Counted from the first letter of the stretch, positions 17,026 to 30,319 are shown. The stretch: DNA of 64,000 nt from the human T2T-CHM13v2.0 reference genome, Homo sapiens (GCF_009914755.1 NC_060930.1); one strand, 5' to 3'. Numbers and translations are program-made. The notes: generated from the sequence alone by a model not told the origin.

Positions 17026-17910
17026 TGTGCTATGCCCAAGCCCTCACAATTACTCATTACTTACCCATTGACTTGGCTTGATCAAATGCTAGTCAGGCTT
17101 CTCCCTACAGGTCCCAGAACTTTATCTTATTCCCAAGCTTTTAAGCAAGTGCTAAGTTACAGAATATCTTCTCAATGACTTACTCCAAGAATCCAGTGAC
17201 CAAAGAGAATAAAAATTTACTGTCAAAGCCACTCTCATGCCATCTGCCTACCTCCATTCGCTTGCCCCACTCTTTCACAAACTTCCTGCTAGCCCTATTT
17301 ACTTCTCCTTATAAAAGAAAGGTCTTTTTCTGTTCGACCTTTAGACTTTGCCACTTCTGCAATAGAGTATTCTCCCTATTTCAAAGTTCTCTTCCCCATA
17401 TTGCAATGCAGTTGGTCCTTGAAAAACACAGGGGTTAGGGGTGCTGACCCCTTGTGCAGTTAAAAATTCACGTAAAATTTTTGACTCACCATAAACTTAA
17501 CTACTACTAGCCGACTGTTGACTGGAAGCTTTACCAATAACACAAACAATAGATTAACACATATTTGTGTGTTATATATATTTGACACTGAATTCTTATA
17601 GTAAAGTAAGAGAAAATAAAATGAAAAAATGCCATTAAGAACATTATATGGAAGAGAAAATATATTTATTACTTATTAAATGGGAATAGATCATCAGAAA
17701 GGTCTTTATCCTCATTGTCTTCATGATGGGCAGGCTGAGGAGAAGAGAAAAGAGTAGGAGTTGGTCTTGCTGTCCCTTGGCGTAACTATTATTGAAAAAA
17801 ATTCATGTATAAGTGGATTTGTGCAGTTCAAACCCATGTTCTTCAAGGGTCAACTGTGGCCTTTTTGAATAAAATCTCTATTTTAATCTGGCTTTTAAAA
17901 AATTTGACTA
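17026..17910 (+). mobile_element. ERV1-type LTR (MER34/MER39-like), interrupted by Tigger2a
   Basis: gatcaaatgctagtcaggcttctcc, ccttataaaagaaa, and tgaataaaatctct after the Tigger. Confidence 0.5.
17409..17856. mobile_element. Tigger2a (MER28) TcMar DNA transposon
   Basis: TIRs cagttggtccttgaaaaacac and catgttcttcaagggtcaactg. Confidence 0.85.
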
Positions 17911-20669
17911 CTGGTACTACTAATGGCAACCCAATACCACAGGTGTTTGAATTAATCAGTTAATTGCCTTTATTGAAAGAATGTCTATGGTCTTTTATAA
18001 TTTATATTTTCCTCAAGATAGATTTGTACTGAAATAAAATCTAACTTTTATTAAAACTGAAAAAGGGAAATGGAGGATTCATTGACAATGGGGTGTTTCT
18101 ATCTGGGTAACAAGTAGATTATTAGTACTACAGGCAATAGAAATGCAGAATCACACAGAGAAGCTGGTTTTGAGGGAAATTATGATGCTGTCTTAGTGTG
18201 GAGGGTAATAAGACCGATAGTCTTTTTCTTTTTCTCCAAAATCAAAGATGATTCACCTAAGCATGTTTCAACAGAACCAAAACAACACCCTCCACCCTAA
18301 AGATTCTTCAAGCAGATGATCCCCTGACCGAGCTCTTTTAGATACACCCAATGGTGCTTTCAAACATCTCCCAGTAGAGCCTCTTGGCTGTTGCTCCTGG
18401 CCATGGCAGGTTCCATTGGTTGCTCCTTCCAACAGTAATTAGCATGGGTTTCCATAGCAGCAGCTTCTAGCAGCCACTCCTATTGGCCTGGGTCCTTACC
18501 ACAAGCAGCACCTCCCTGCAGATCTTCCTGCTGGTGAATGCTGCTCCAAGTGATTAATGACTTCCATTCCCCTAGAATCTCATTCAGTGAATCCTAAAAT
18601 GTTCAACTTTAAAGGACCTCAATCCCAAACATCTTCTCTACAAAACGTCTGGATTTCTCCAATAGCTAGAGGGAGCATTTGATTTCTAGCAGCACCCCCA
18701 AGCCAGGTCTCAATAGGCTCCTTACGAAGCCCTGGGGTTCAGTTAGAATGCCACACTGTTTTTTCAAAGTCCTTTATTATCTCCATCGGCTACTATTCAT
18801 ACCTCCGGTAGAAGAGTCCCATTGACAGGTGTTCTGGACTTCAGGCTTGAAATATTGGTGAGTGTTTTCTCATCAAGGGGGTCCTCCATGTAATTCGGTT
18901 AGCTGAGCAACTTCTGCATATGGGTGGTCACTAAACTACCATGTTAGGGACAGTACAACAGAAAGACTAATAACACAGATAGAAAATTGACAGACTCAAA
19001 CTAAAAAGGATGAAAGCCAACTAGAAATGTTATGAGTGAACTACGAGTATGTGTCATATCATCCAGGGTCCCATTCCTAGTTGTCTTTCCCACTTTCTTT
19101 TGCTGTTCACCAAGGCCAAACACAGGAATGTACATTCCCAGTGCTCAGGCAGAGCTCCTGTCCTCCCTATTAGTTGTCTTCCAAAGGTCACACTAGAAAG
19201 CACATAACTTCTTCCCCCAAATAGCAAAAGCAAGGGAAGCATGGCATTGGCTAATGCTCCACAAGCCTCCTTTCTCTAACCACATCCGGCTATTGATATT
19301 GAGGCATCTATGTAAACAGAGTCCTGGCAAATAGCCCAGACCTCCCAGGGCTCCTTAACATAAGTACGCAAGCTTGCCTAATAATCCTGAGTTTAAAATT
19401 ATGAGTGACATAAGATAATCTTCACACTGGGAGTCATCGGCCCAAATTACGGTTAAAGGTTAAAAACAAACAAATAAAATGCAAAAAAAATCACATACAA
19501 ACCAGGCTTATGTTGTAGAAAATATTTCCTAAGCCCTTGGATTTAATGTCATTTTTAGAGTTTGATGATACCTCCCTAGAGAGGGTATAACAAATACTGA
19601 ACAAGGATGACACAGATCAGAAAGAATTTAGCTAGGGAGGAATTCAGATTGGGGAGAAAAATAAGGAGTTGGGCCTATTCTCATTTAAAAATAAATCCCT
19701 CTGGAAAGACATAAAAGAACATTTTTAAAAAGACTAAAAGAATGGCAGTTTATCTTTTCATTTTTAATGCTAAGTGTTTCTATTTTAAAGGGCTTCCATC
19801 CCAAGTATATACTTGGATTGAAAAATGGAAAACAGTTAAAAATGAAGATTTTTAAGTTCAAAATGTTGATCAAAATTTCCTGATTCAAATTGCTTTTTTG
19901 ACTCTTGGATTACATATGGTTTGTGTTACATGTCTGTATTTTCTAAATTCCAACTTTTTCATGGAGCACAGGAGCAGTTATATTGGAACACTTTACATGT
20001 TTTTGTGTATTGTTTTTATAAAGATGATGATAGACTGCAGGTTATTTGACAATACAAGACAATGAATACAAAATGGTCCTCAATCAGTTAGATTCATGGG
20101 ACTTATTATTATCATTCTCTTTATCTTTATTGTATCTTGGACCAAAAATGTAATTACTACAGTATTTATTTATAGCCCAGCTTTTGCAGGGAAGGGACCT
20201 ACATGCCCTAAGTGACATTCATCAAACCTAGTTTCTTGTATGAAAGTGAGTCTACGCAGAGTAACTTAAAAAAAGAAGCTGAATTTGCTTTAAAATATTT
20301 ATTCACATGTGAGTAAAAATGACTGAAAGTGTTATCTCTTCCCTTCTTTTGGCTTCTCCTGCCCTGTTCCAGTATATTTCATGAACTAGTGTCTCTAGTT
20401 TTTGGTTTTATTAGTTTTTGTATTTTTCTTTTAACTAGGTAAAGGCAGAGTAAATAAGAGCTATATTTGTTTTTCATAAAAGTGGTATTTTCTATTTATT
20501 TGCCTGTCAGTATCCTGCTGTAGTGCACACACACATGATGTAATGTGTTGATAACCCTTATTGCTGAAGTGGAACATACATAGTGAGATGTTATTTTCCT
20601 CATGGGATTCCAGAAACCTTAAAATCTTGTCATGCTCTATAGTTAAATGATGTTGATTGAGTCCCGTTT

Positions 20670-20824
20670 TATATATATATATATATATATATAGTTATAT
20701 ATATGTATATAAAAAATATATATAGTTATATATGTATATAAAATATATATATACATATATAACTATATATAGTTTTATATATATAGTTGTATATATATAT
20801 AACTATATATATACATATATATAG
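20670..20824. repeat. (TA)n-rich low-complexity tract with internal palindrome
   Basis: Read directly from the sequence. Confidence 0.9.
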
Positions 20825-21320
20825 TTTCAACAGTTTCTATTCATTAGTTTTATTTTGGAACTATGACTTAATGAATAAGCCTGCTGATATGTTAATGAAA
20901 ATGTGAATGTTGAAAGACAGCAAGCCATCCTCTCAGATTTAAATAAAAATTGACATGAGTACACATTGGATGTTAAAAGGGAAATTCAGTGACTCCCTAA
21001 GACATTTGTACACTTTGAGGGAATTTCTTCTTATAGGTACTTCTATCTTTGAGTTTCTATCCTCATTAAATAGTCCTTCCAATCTCACATTTATATGGTG
21101 CTGTAGAAATTTAATTATGCAATGAAACGTGTTATGAACATTATGTGTTATTTTTCAGGAACTCATCTTAAATATTTAAAAATAAGTTTTTTTTTCTAAT
21201 TGCAAGGAATAAGTACTCTTTGTAAATGATATGGAAAGTATGGAATATAATAAAGATGAAAAAGATAACTCCTAGATAATCACTTTTAATGTTTTGGCAA
21301 AATTCTTTTTAAAAAGTGCT

Positions 21321-21718
21321 AAAGAAAATGTGGCACATATACATCATGGAATACTATGCATCCATAAAAAAGAATGAGTTCATGTCCTTTGGAGGGACAT
21401 AGATGAAGCTGAAAGCCATCATTCTTAGCAAACTAACCCAGGAACAGAAAACCAAACACCGCATATTCTCACTCATAAGTGGGAGTTGAACAATGAGAAC
21501 ACATGGACACAGGGAGGGGAACATCACACATGGGGGCCTGTTGGGGGGTGGGGGCCAAGGAAAGGGAAAACATTAGGACAAATACCTAATGTATGCAGAG
21601 TTAAAATCTAGATGACGGGTTGATAGGTGCAGCAAACCACCATGGCACGTGTATACCTATGTAACAAATCTGCACATTCTGCACATGTATCCCAGAACTT
21701 AAAGTAAAAAAAAAAAAA
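21321..21718 (+). mobile_element. 5'-truncated L1PA7/8-like 3' end
   Basis: L1PA 3'UTR with poly(A); TSD aaaaagtgct at 21311-21320 and 21714-21723, at a TTTT/AA site. Confidence 0.92.
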
Positions 21719-21949
21719 GTGCTTGAATATATTTAATTTTTAAACTTTTTAATTGAAATATAATAGAGATTTAACAATATGTGCCAAGTTCTCTCATGCC
21801 CCCACCTCCAAAGTAACCACTACCCTGCCTTTATCACTATTTAGTTTTGCTTCCTCTTCAATTTCATATAGATGACATTATGCAGTGTGTATGCTTTTGT
21901 GCCTGACTTCTTTCACTCACCATAATAGTGCTTTTCTTTTTTATATATA

Positions 21950-22800
<851 letters not shown>

Positions 22801-23849
22801 ATGCACTTTTTAATTGATGTATATTGTTCCATTATATAAATATTCTATACTCTATCAATTTTTCTGTTTACAGAATTCAGATTTTTGCTTTCAGTTTTTG
22901 GATGGATGAAACTGCTTTGAGAATTTTGTATGTCTTTTGCTCACTTCTCTTGAATATATACCAAAGACTAAAAGTTATTGTAGTTATCTAAATTATACAT
23001 GTTAACTTGCTGACAAAAATTGTGTTAGAATTTGTTGACCTAATGTAAAAGTTTTATATTCTTGCGATGCAAATTCTAATTAATCAATGGTGCTCCTCAT
23101 TTCTTACTAACTCTTCTTTGACTCTCTTTTAAACATGTAATATAGAAGATGGGTCTACATGTCTATTGCTTTGAATCCTATATTTAGGTTTGGAATCTGA
23201 CAGTATTTTAAGAATATATTTTACTTTGTTTATTTTGTTCTTAGTCTTAGAAACAGTCTATATATAATTAGTATGATTCATGAGGTAAGGAATAGTTATA
23301 CAGAGGAAAATCGTTCACCATTTTATTTATGGTATAGAGAAATAGAGTAAAAGACAACACTGAATATACAATGAATATGGGCATTCCCTAGAGATTCGAT
23401 GTGTGTTGCATGTACTCCTAGGCACGTGGCTAATTAAGATATAGTGGTTTGAATAGCTAAGTTATTTACTTATTTATGTATTGTGTATTGTTTCATCTAA
23501 ATGAAAATCATAAAATACTTGAACACTTTTTGACATATTCCTTGCTGTTTTTTTAATGAGATGGAAATTTGTTTTTTAAAAAATCTCTTTCTTATAATGT
23601 ATGTTCATTTCAAAAAATTTGAAAAAGTTTAAAAATTATTAAAAGAAATAGAAAATTACTTTAAAGTAACCATCATGGATGAGCACAATTGACTAAAAGA
23701 TTTATTTTTTTTAAAAAAGCCATCTTTGGGTGATGTTGGGGGTTGGTAAAGATTCAGCCTGTCTTCTGAGGCACTGAGAGATGTGTAATACACACACACA
23801 CAAAACGATACTGAAGTCATCAGAAAAAATTATATTTTGTATATACTGA

Positions 23850-24222
<373 letters not shown>

Positions 24223-24229
24223 TAACGAT

Positions 24230-26500
24230 CATTATAAATTAATGAATGTAAGCATAGTCAATAGGCCCAATGTACTGCCTTTCTCATTCTTATTAAAACT
24301 CAATTGTGTCATCTTTAGTTGGAGTCTCTTCAATTTGTCTCCAGAGTTTTTTTTATATGATCTTAATGGCATCTGTTAACTTCCTTATTATCTAATGTGA
24401 AAAGATGTTCTAAACATAAATGAATTTATCTTACACATTTCTTGCCCCAGACTTGGAATCACTCATTCTCCAAGAAGTCCTAATATTCTTTAGTAGAAAG
24501 TAATATTTCAAGTGTAAAATCTGGGCCTAGTGATATTCACTGGTCTTGAGTTGTCATTCTAACTAAGCCTCTTATGTAGGCAGATGTAGGGGGAAAAATT
24601 GTGTGTGTGTGTGTGTGTGTGTGTGTTTTAAAAGACAAAATACCTCACGAATTTATGCTTATATTTCCAGTTCAAATTCTGGACTACAGAACTTTCCTTA
24701 GCAGTTTTCCATTATATCTCTAATTTCTGACTTTCTCACTGAGAATTTCAGTACTCATGAATGCTGGGGATAGAGTTAGAACATTCATGATGGCTAATTT
24801 GCTTTCTTACACATTCCACACCTAACATTCCCAGAATAACAATATTAATACCACCACTATCACTAAAAGCAGTTAAATTGTTTTTGGCGGGGAAGGCATA
24901 TGCTATCTCCATTCTCTCTTCCACTTTGTATGGTTGTACTCTATGGTGTCAGAGCAGATATCCCTACTCTGTATGCTTTTGTGCCTGGCTTCAATTTGTT
25001 TCCCTAATCCTTTTGATTTGATCTTAATGACATTTGTTAACTTCCTTATTATCTAATATATATGCAAATAAATATATATGCCAATAAATATATGCAAATA
25101 AACAGGCAGAAATGTTCTACTTTTTACACTGTATACAGTACTTTCTCCTTTTTAACCTTCATTCAGTCTTAGTTCTAAAGGTGAGCTATATTCAATTCTC
25201 ACTACAGTCCTTAGGTTAGTATCTCTCAGACATTTGTGTTGTTTGAGCTTGTTTGCTAGTAGGTTCCTCAGCAAGGGCTCACAGGAAAAATATGCCCTGA
25301 GTTCTTGTGTGTTTTTAACAGTTTGTCTGTGTCCTTCCTGTTCATTGCAGCACTATCCACGATAGCTAAGTTATGGAATCAACCTAAGTGTCCATCAACA
25401 GATGGATGGGTAAAGAAGATGAGGTATATATACACAATGGAGTACTATTCATTAAAAAAGAAGGGAATCCTGTCATTTGTGACAACAGGGATGAACCTAG
25501 TCATTCAAGGTTTGATTTCAAGAATCAAGTCATTCTTGAAAATCAGTTTTAGAGGATAAAAGTTTCTTGACTCTCATTTTCTTTCCTTAAGTATCTTAAA
25601 TAAGTTATTCCATTTTTTTCTGTCATAAAGTATTGCTGTAAAAAAAATCTAACGATGAGCTAATTTTCTTTTTATTTATAAGGCTCATGTTCTTTTTGTC
25701 TTCATGTTCAAATAGCTTTTCCCTTTTCTTTAAACTCCAGCAGTTTTACTAGAATGTGTTTTGCTGTTAGTTGATTTGTTTAGGCACATGGCACACCCTT
25801 TCAACTTGTGCTTTCAAATACTTTTTTATTCTAGTAAAGTTTTTTTTGACTTATAGCTTTTAGGATTTTTTTTTCTTCTTTAAGAATTTCTACCCTCCAC
25901 ATATTGGATTTTCTTTGCCTGTCCACAATATTTATTACTTTTTATTGCAATATGTTTATTTCTTCTTTTATATTTAAACTTGTTTTCTTATCTGTAAGAG
26001 TATATTCACTCTTATGCTCCTTGTAGTTTGATATAGTTCCTTTATTTCTAAATCTCTGTTGATTTCTGAAACTATATTTTTAAGTTTTGCTAATTCTGAT
26101 TTATGTTGCTATTTTATGTCATCATTTCCTTACTATTAATATCATTTATGTCCAACATCATTTTCTTAAACTTTTGAAATAGTAGGTTATAATTTTTCTA
26201 TATTTTGTAGATATGTATTTCTCACATTTTTTATTATCTGCAGAAAAGTTATTCTATTCTTTATTTTCTTTTTTTAAATATAGTGACTTTGTAGGGATTT
26301 GGCTTCAATAATTTTGTTTTCTTAATTTATATAAAATTAGTTTTACTAAAGTTTGCTCAGGAAGGAGGTTTGGTTTAATTTTCTAAATTCACAGACCTCC
26401 CTCTTTTATTGTTTTCATGCAGCATTAAAAATATTGCAGTTTACCTTCTGAGATTTTAAACCTCTGTTTCCCTCCTCATTTTAATCCAAATCCTTCAATG
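24230..26500 (-). mobile_element. Old L1MC/L1M fragments (antisense), including a (TG)n tract at 24600-24626
   Basis: atttcttgccccagacttggaatc...ttctccaagaagtcc L1MC-type 3' motifs and T-rich ORF1-region decay; boundaries approximate. Confidence 0.55.
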
Positions 26501-26529
26501 TCTCTGTTGTCCCTGACCCACTCAATTTT

Positions 26530-27475
26530 TATTTTGTTTTATTTTATATTGACAAAGTCCTAATTTATCATGTAAAACATGATGTTTTGAAGTATATTTA
26601 CATTGTGGCATGACTAAATCTAGCTAATTAACATATGCATTACCTCATAGAGTTAGCGTTTTTGTGCTAAGAACACTTTACAACCATTCTCTTTGCATTT
26701 TTCAAGAATAGAATGTATCATTAACTAGAGTCATCACATTGTAAAATAGATCTCTTGAACTTATTCTTATTGCCTAAGTGAAATTTTATATTTTTTGACT
26801 AACATCTCCCCAACTTTCCTGCCTAACCCCAATCCCCTAGTAACCATCATTCTACTCTCTACTTCTATGAGGTCAACCTTTTAGATTCCACATATGAGTG
26901 AGATAGTGCTATATTTCTCTTTCTGTAACCTGGCTTATTTCACTTAACATAATGTACTCTAGGTTCATCCATGTTGCCACAAATGACAGGATTCCCTTCT
27001 TTTTTAATGAATAGTACTCCATTGTGTATATATACCTCATCTTCTTTATCCATCCATCTGTTGATGGACACTTAGGTTGATGCTGTAACTTAGCTATTGT
27101 GGATACTGCTGCAATGAACATGGAGGTGCAGATATCTTTTCAACATACTGACTTCTTTTTCATTGAGTGTATACCCAGTAATGGGATTGCTATATCATAT
27201 AGTAATTGTATTCTTAATTTTTTATGGAACTTTCTGTTTTTCATAATGGCCGTACTAATTTACATTCCTGCCAACAATGCACAGGGTTTTTTTTCCTCCA
27301 CATCCTTGCTGACAGTTTTGTTATCTTTTGTTTTTTTGATAGTAGCCATTTTAACAGGTGTGAAGTGATAGCTCATTGTGGTTTTGATTTGCATTTCCCT
27401 GATGGTTAGTAATGTTGAACATTTTTTCATATACTTGTTGGCCATTTGTGTGTCTTCTTTTGAGAAACATCTGTC
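26530..27475 (-). mobile_element. L1MA6-8-like 3' fragment
   Basis: Antisense ORF2 end ([24 protein letters not shown]) and L1MA 3'UTR; TSD tgacc(ca/tg)ctcaattt at 26514-26528 and 27479-27493. Confidence 0.88.
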
Positions 27476-29231
27476 TGGTGACCTGCTCAATTTAGATTCC
27501 ACTTCCAGGAGTATGAGGATCTTCTCCTGGGAGGCAGCCCTGGCTTGTAAGCTTTGTTGGAGTGCTAGGCCAAACCCCTACTAGATTCAACAGCTGCTGT
27601 CAGCCTGGCCTTCTATATATCTAGTGACTACCTGCTGGCTGTTTGAGAGCTCTCGTGTTCTCAGAAGCATCAGATACCTTGTTGTTTCTCTGCTTTTCTC
27701 ACACATGTGCTGACACGGTGCAGATCTTACGGTGGTTGATGATTTGGCACCCCCTACCTCCGATATTTGGGGGGTGAAAGTGTGCATTGCCATCTAATTT
27801 TTGTAGAAACATTGCCTGTGGGATTTTTGTTTTGCAATCTAGTGACTCTTTTTTTTTTCTTTAATGTGGGTATTTGGAAAATGTGAAATCTATGCTTTTC
27901 CTGCTGCTTCTATATTTCCAGAATGCTCTAATTCAGTAGTCAGTCTCGTTTATCATGCATGGCCCTTCATCTTTGCAGTTAGGAATTAATTGACAGAAAG
28001 GAAGTGTGAACTAACAGTGTACTCTGTGTGTGTGCCTATGTGTATGTGTACATGCGCATTTATTTGGGGAGGTGGGGTGCTGCTCCTGGCAGCACTGCTA
28101 TATACAGATGTGGGTGTATCCTTAAAGCCCAGAGTTTTGACCATAAATTTTCACATTCTGAACACGGGAAGTTTTCCCTTTGGTTTGTGGTGTGGACAGT
28201 TGTTTGTAGAGCTAGTCTTTATTTTCAGGTGTATTTTTGTCTGTCCAAATGACATTGGCACTACAACGTTGCTAATTACCTTGGGAAAAGTTAGTCTGTC
28301 TGCAATTTTTTTTTCCCCTAGAATCCTCAGCTATCCTCATGTGGAGAAGATTCTAGTTGCCTTTGGTGTATTGCTTTTGTTTACCATTCACTTTGGTTCA
28401 CTCTTTAGTAAAAACCTACCTGGGTAGGTACAATATTGTTTCCACATGAGGCTTCTTGAACAATTCCATTTTCTCATGTATAAACCACTTGGTAAGGTAG
28501 GATGCATTAATCTGGAAGTCTGATAAAGCTAAAGACTTGGGCAAATGGAGGAATTACTTTCAAAACAAATTTCTATTAATGTTAATGAATGGAAGATTTG
28601 CTCATCCTCCCTTTTCTATTTATGCCATCTGTTTGTCATTGGTTATCATGGCAACCAAAAACGGAATTATACAAAACAAGACTTATGAAATAGCTCCATT
28701 TAAATGAGGATTTCATTTCATAATTTTCAGATTTAACAGTAAGGTAATGAAGTTCAGAAACAGACCTAGAGCATAAAATTTTTAAAAAATGTAAACATTT
28801 TCCACGTGCAAGGCACATAGACTAGTTTGTGATGTGAAGGGTTGGAAACTAACCTATAACGGCCAGAGAGGTACAAATGCCAAAAGGACCAAGTGTAATA
28901 CAACAGGGTTAATGGAGACTGAAGTAATCTAGAGAGAATTGAATTTAAAGTGTCTATAAAGTTCTGTGAAGATAACAAAAAAAATGGCTGTATAGTCAAT
29001 GTGGTGTGTATGCCTGCAAGTCTGTGATACTTGATTCAGTGTGAAGTATGTTTACATAAAAATTCTATGGAATAATCAATTTATTAATGTATAGAATAAT
29101 TAAAGATATTTAGAAAATTATTGGTGAATTATCTTATGATTAATAAGAACTTCCTATTTATGCTCAAGAAAACTCAGAAATGTTTAGAAGGATAAATGAA
29201 TAACCAAGCCCTTTATAGAAAAAATATACAC

Positions 29232-29237
29232 TTTATT
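29232..29237 (-). terminator. CCN2 polyadenylation signal AATAAA
   Basis: tttatt on the + strand, followed on the minus strand by GTGTATATTTTTTCTAT. Confidence 0.9.
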
Positions 29238-29664
29238 TTCAACTAGAAAGGTGCAAACATGTAACTTTTGGTCACACTCTCAACAAATAAACTGTCCGAA
29301 AAACAGTCATATCAAAGTAGAAACAAATGCTTCCAGGTGAAAAAACTGATCAGCTATATAGAGTCACTCAGTTTTTAATAAAGGCCATTTGTTCATTAAA
29401 AGTGAGGCTACCACATTTCCTACCTAGAAATCAGCCTGCCAAGGACACTGATGCCTCCCCTTTGCAAACAATCTGTTTTGACGGACTGTCATTCTATCTG
29501 AGCAGAATTTCCATATAAGTATCCATTTCATGCTTTGAACGATCAGACAAGCTTTACATTCTACCTATGGTGTTCAGAAATTGAGGCTAACATTGAAATA
29601 TCAAAGCATTAAAAACAAAAATAAAAAGGCACAAACAACTTTAAATTAACTTAGATAACTGTAC

Positions 29665-29700
<36 letters not shown>
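29665..29700. repeat. (AT)8(AC)10 compound microsatellite in the CCN2 3'UTR
   Basis: Read directly from the sequence. Confidence 0.95.
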
Positions 29701-29703
<3 letters not shown>

Positions 29704-30232
29704 ATTTACAATATAAATTTTAAAAAATCTGGCTTGTTACAGGCAAATTCACTTGCCACAAGCTGTCCAGTCTAATCGACAGGATTCCGATTCCTGAACA
29801 GTGTCATTCGAATCAGAATGTCAGAGCTGAGTCTGCTGTTCTGACTTAAGGAACAACTTGACTCAGTCTCTTGATGGCTGGAGAATGCACATCCTAGCTG
29901 TCACTGGGGCTACAGGCAGGTCAGTGAGCACGCTAAAATTTTCCTTCTCAATTACACTTCAAATAGCAGGCATATTACTCGTATAAGATGCTATCTGATG
30001 ATACTAACCTTTCTGCTGGTACCCTCCCACTGCTCCTAAAGCCACACCTTAATATACATTCTGGTGCTGTGTACTAATGTAGTTCCACTGTCAAGTCTTA
30101 ACATTCTTCAAACCAGTGTCTGGGGTTGATAGACTATTTGTTTGACATGGCACAATGTTTTGAATTGGGTGGGAATCTTTTCCCCCAGTTAGAAAAACAG
30201 ATTTAAATAACTTGTGCTACTGAAATCATTTT

Positions 30233-30319
30233 TACGGAAAAATGAGATGTGAATCAGTTCAAGTTCCAGTCTAATGAGTTAATGTCTCTCACTCTCTGGC
30301 TTCATGCCATGTCTCCGTA
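30233..30319 (-). promoter_or_regulatory. CAESAR RNA element (cis-acting element of structure-anchored repression) spanning the stop codon
   Basis: The ends UACGGA (30319-30314) and UCCGUA (30238-30233) can close an ~85-nt stem-loop at the CDS/3'UTR junction, which fits the known CTGF CAESAR location and size. Confidence 0.75.

Larger units (their letters stand above)
29213..30301 (-). other. CCN2: CCN2 3'UTR (~1.09 kb)
   Basis: Runs from the stop codon to ~20 nt past AATAAA; AU-rich; exact cleavage site is approximate. Confidence 0.88.

Noticed and set aside
27990-28427. 145-aa hydrophobic + strand ORF downstream of CCN2
   Set aside because: TTG start, T/G-rich composition explains the hydrophobicity, and there is no recognisable domain or gene structure.
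28790-28797. miR-30 8mer (UGUUUACA on the CCN2 strand)
   Set aside because: It lies ~420 nt beyond the poly(A) site, so it is not in the canonical mRNA; kept only as a DNA FOX motif.
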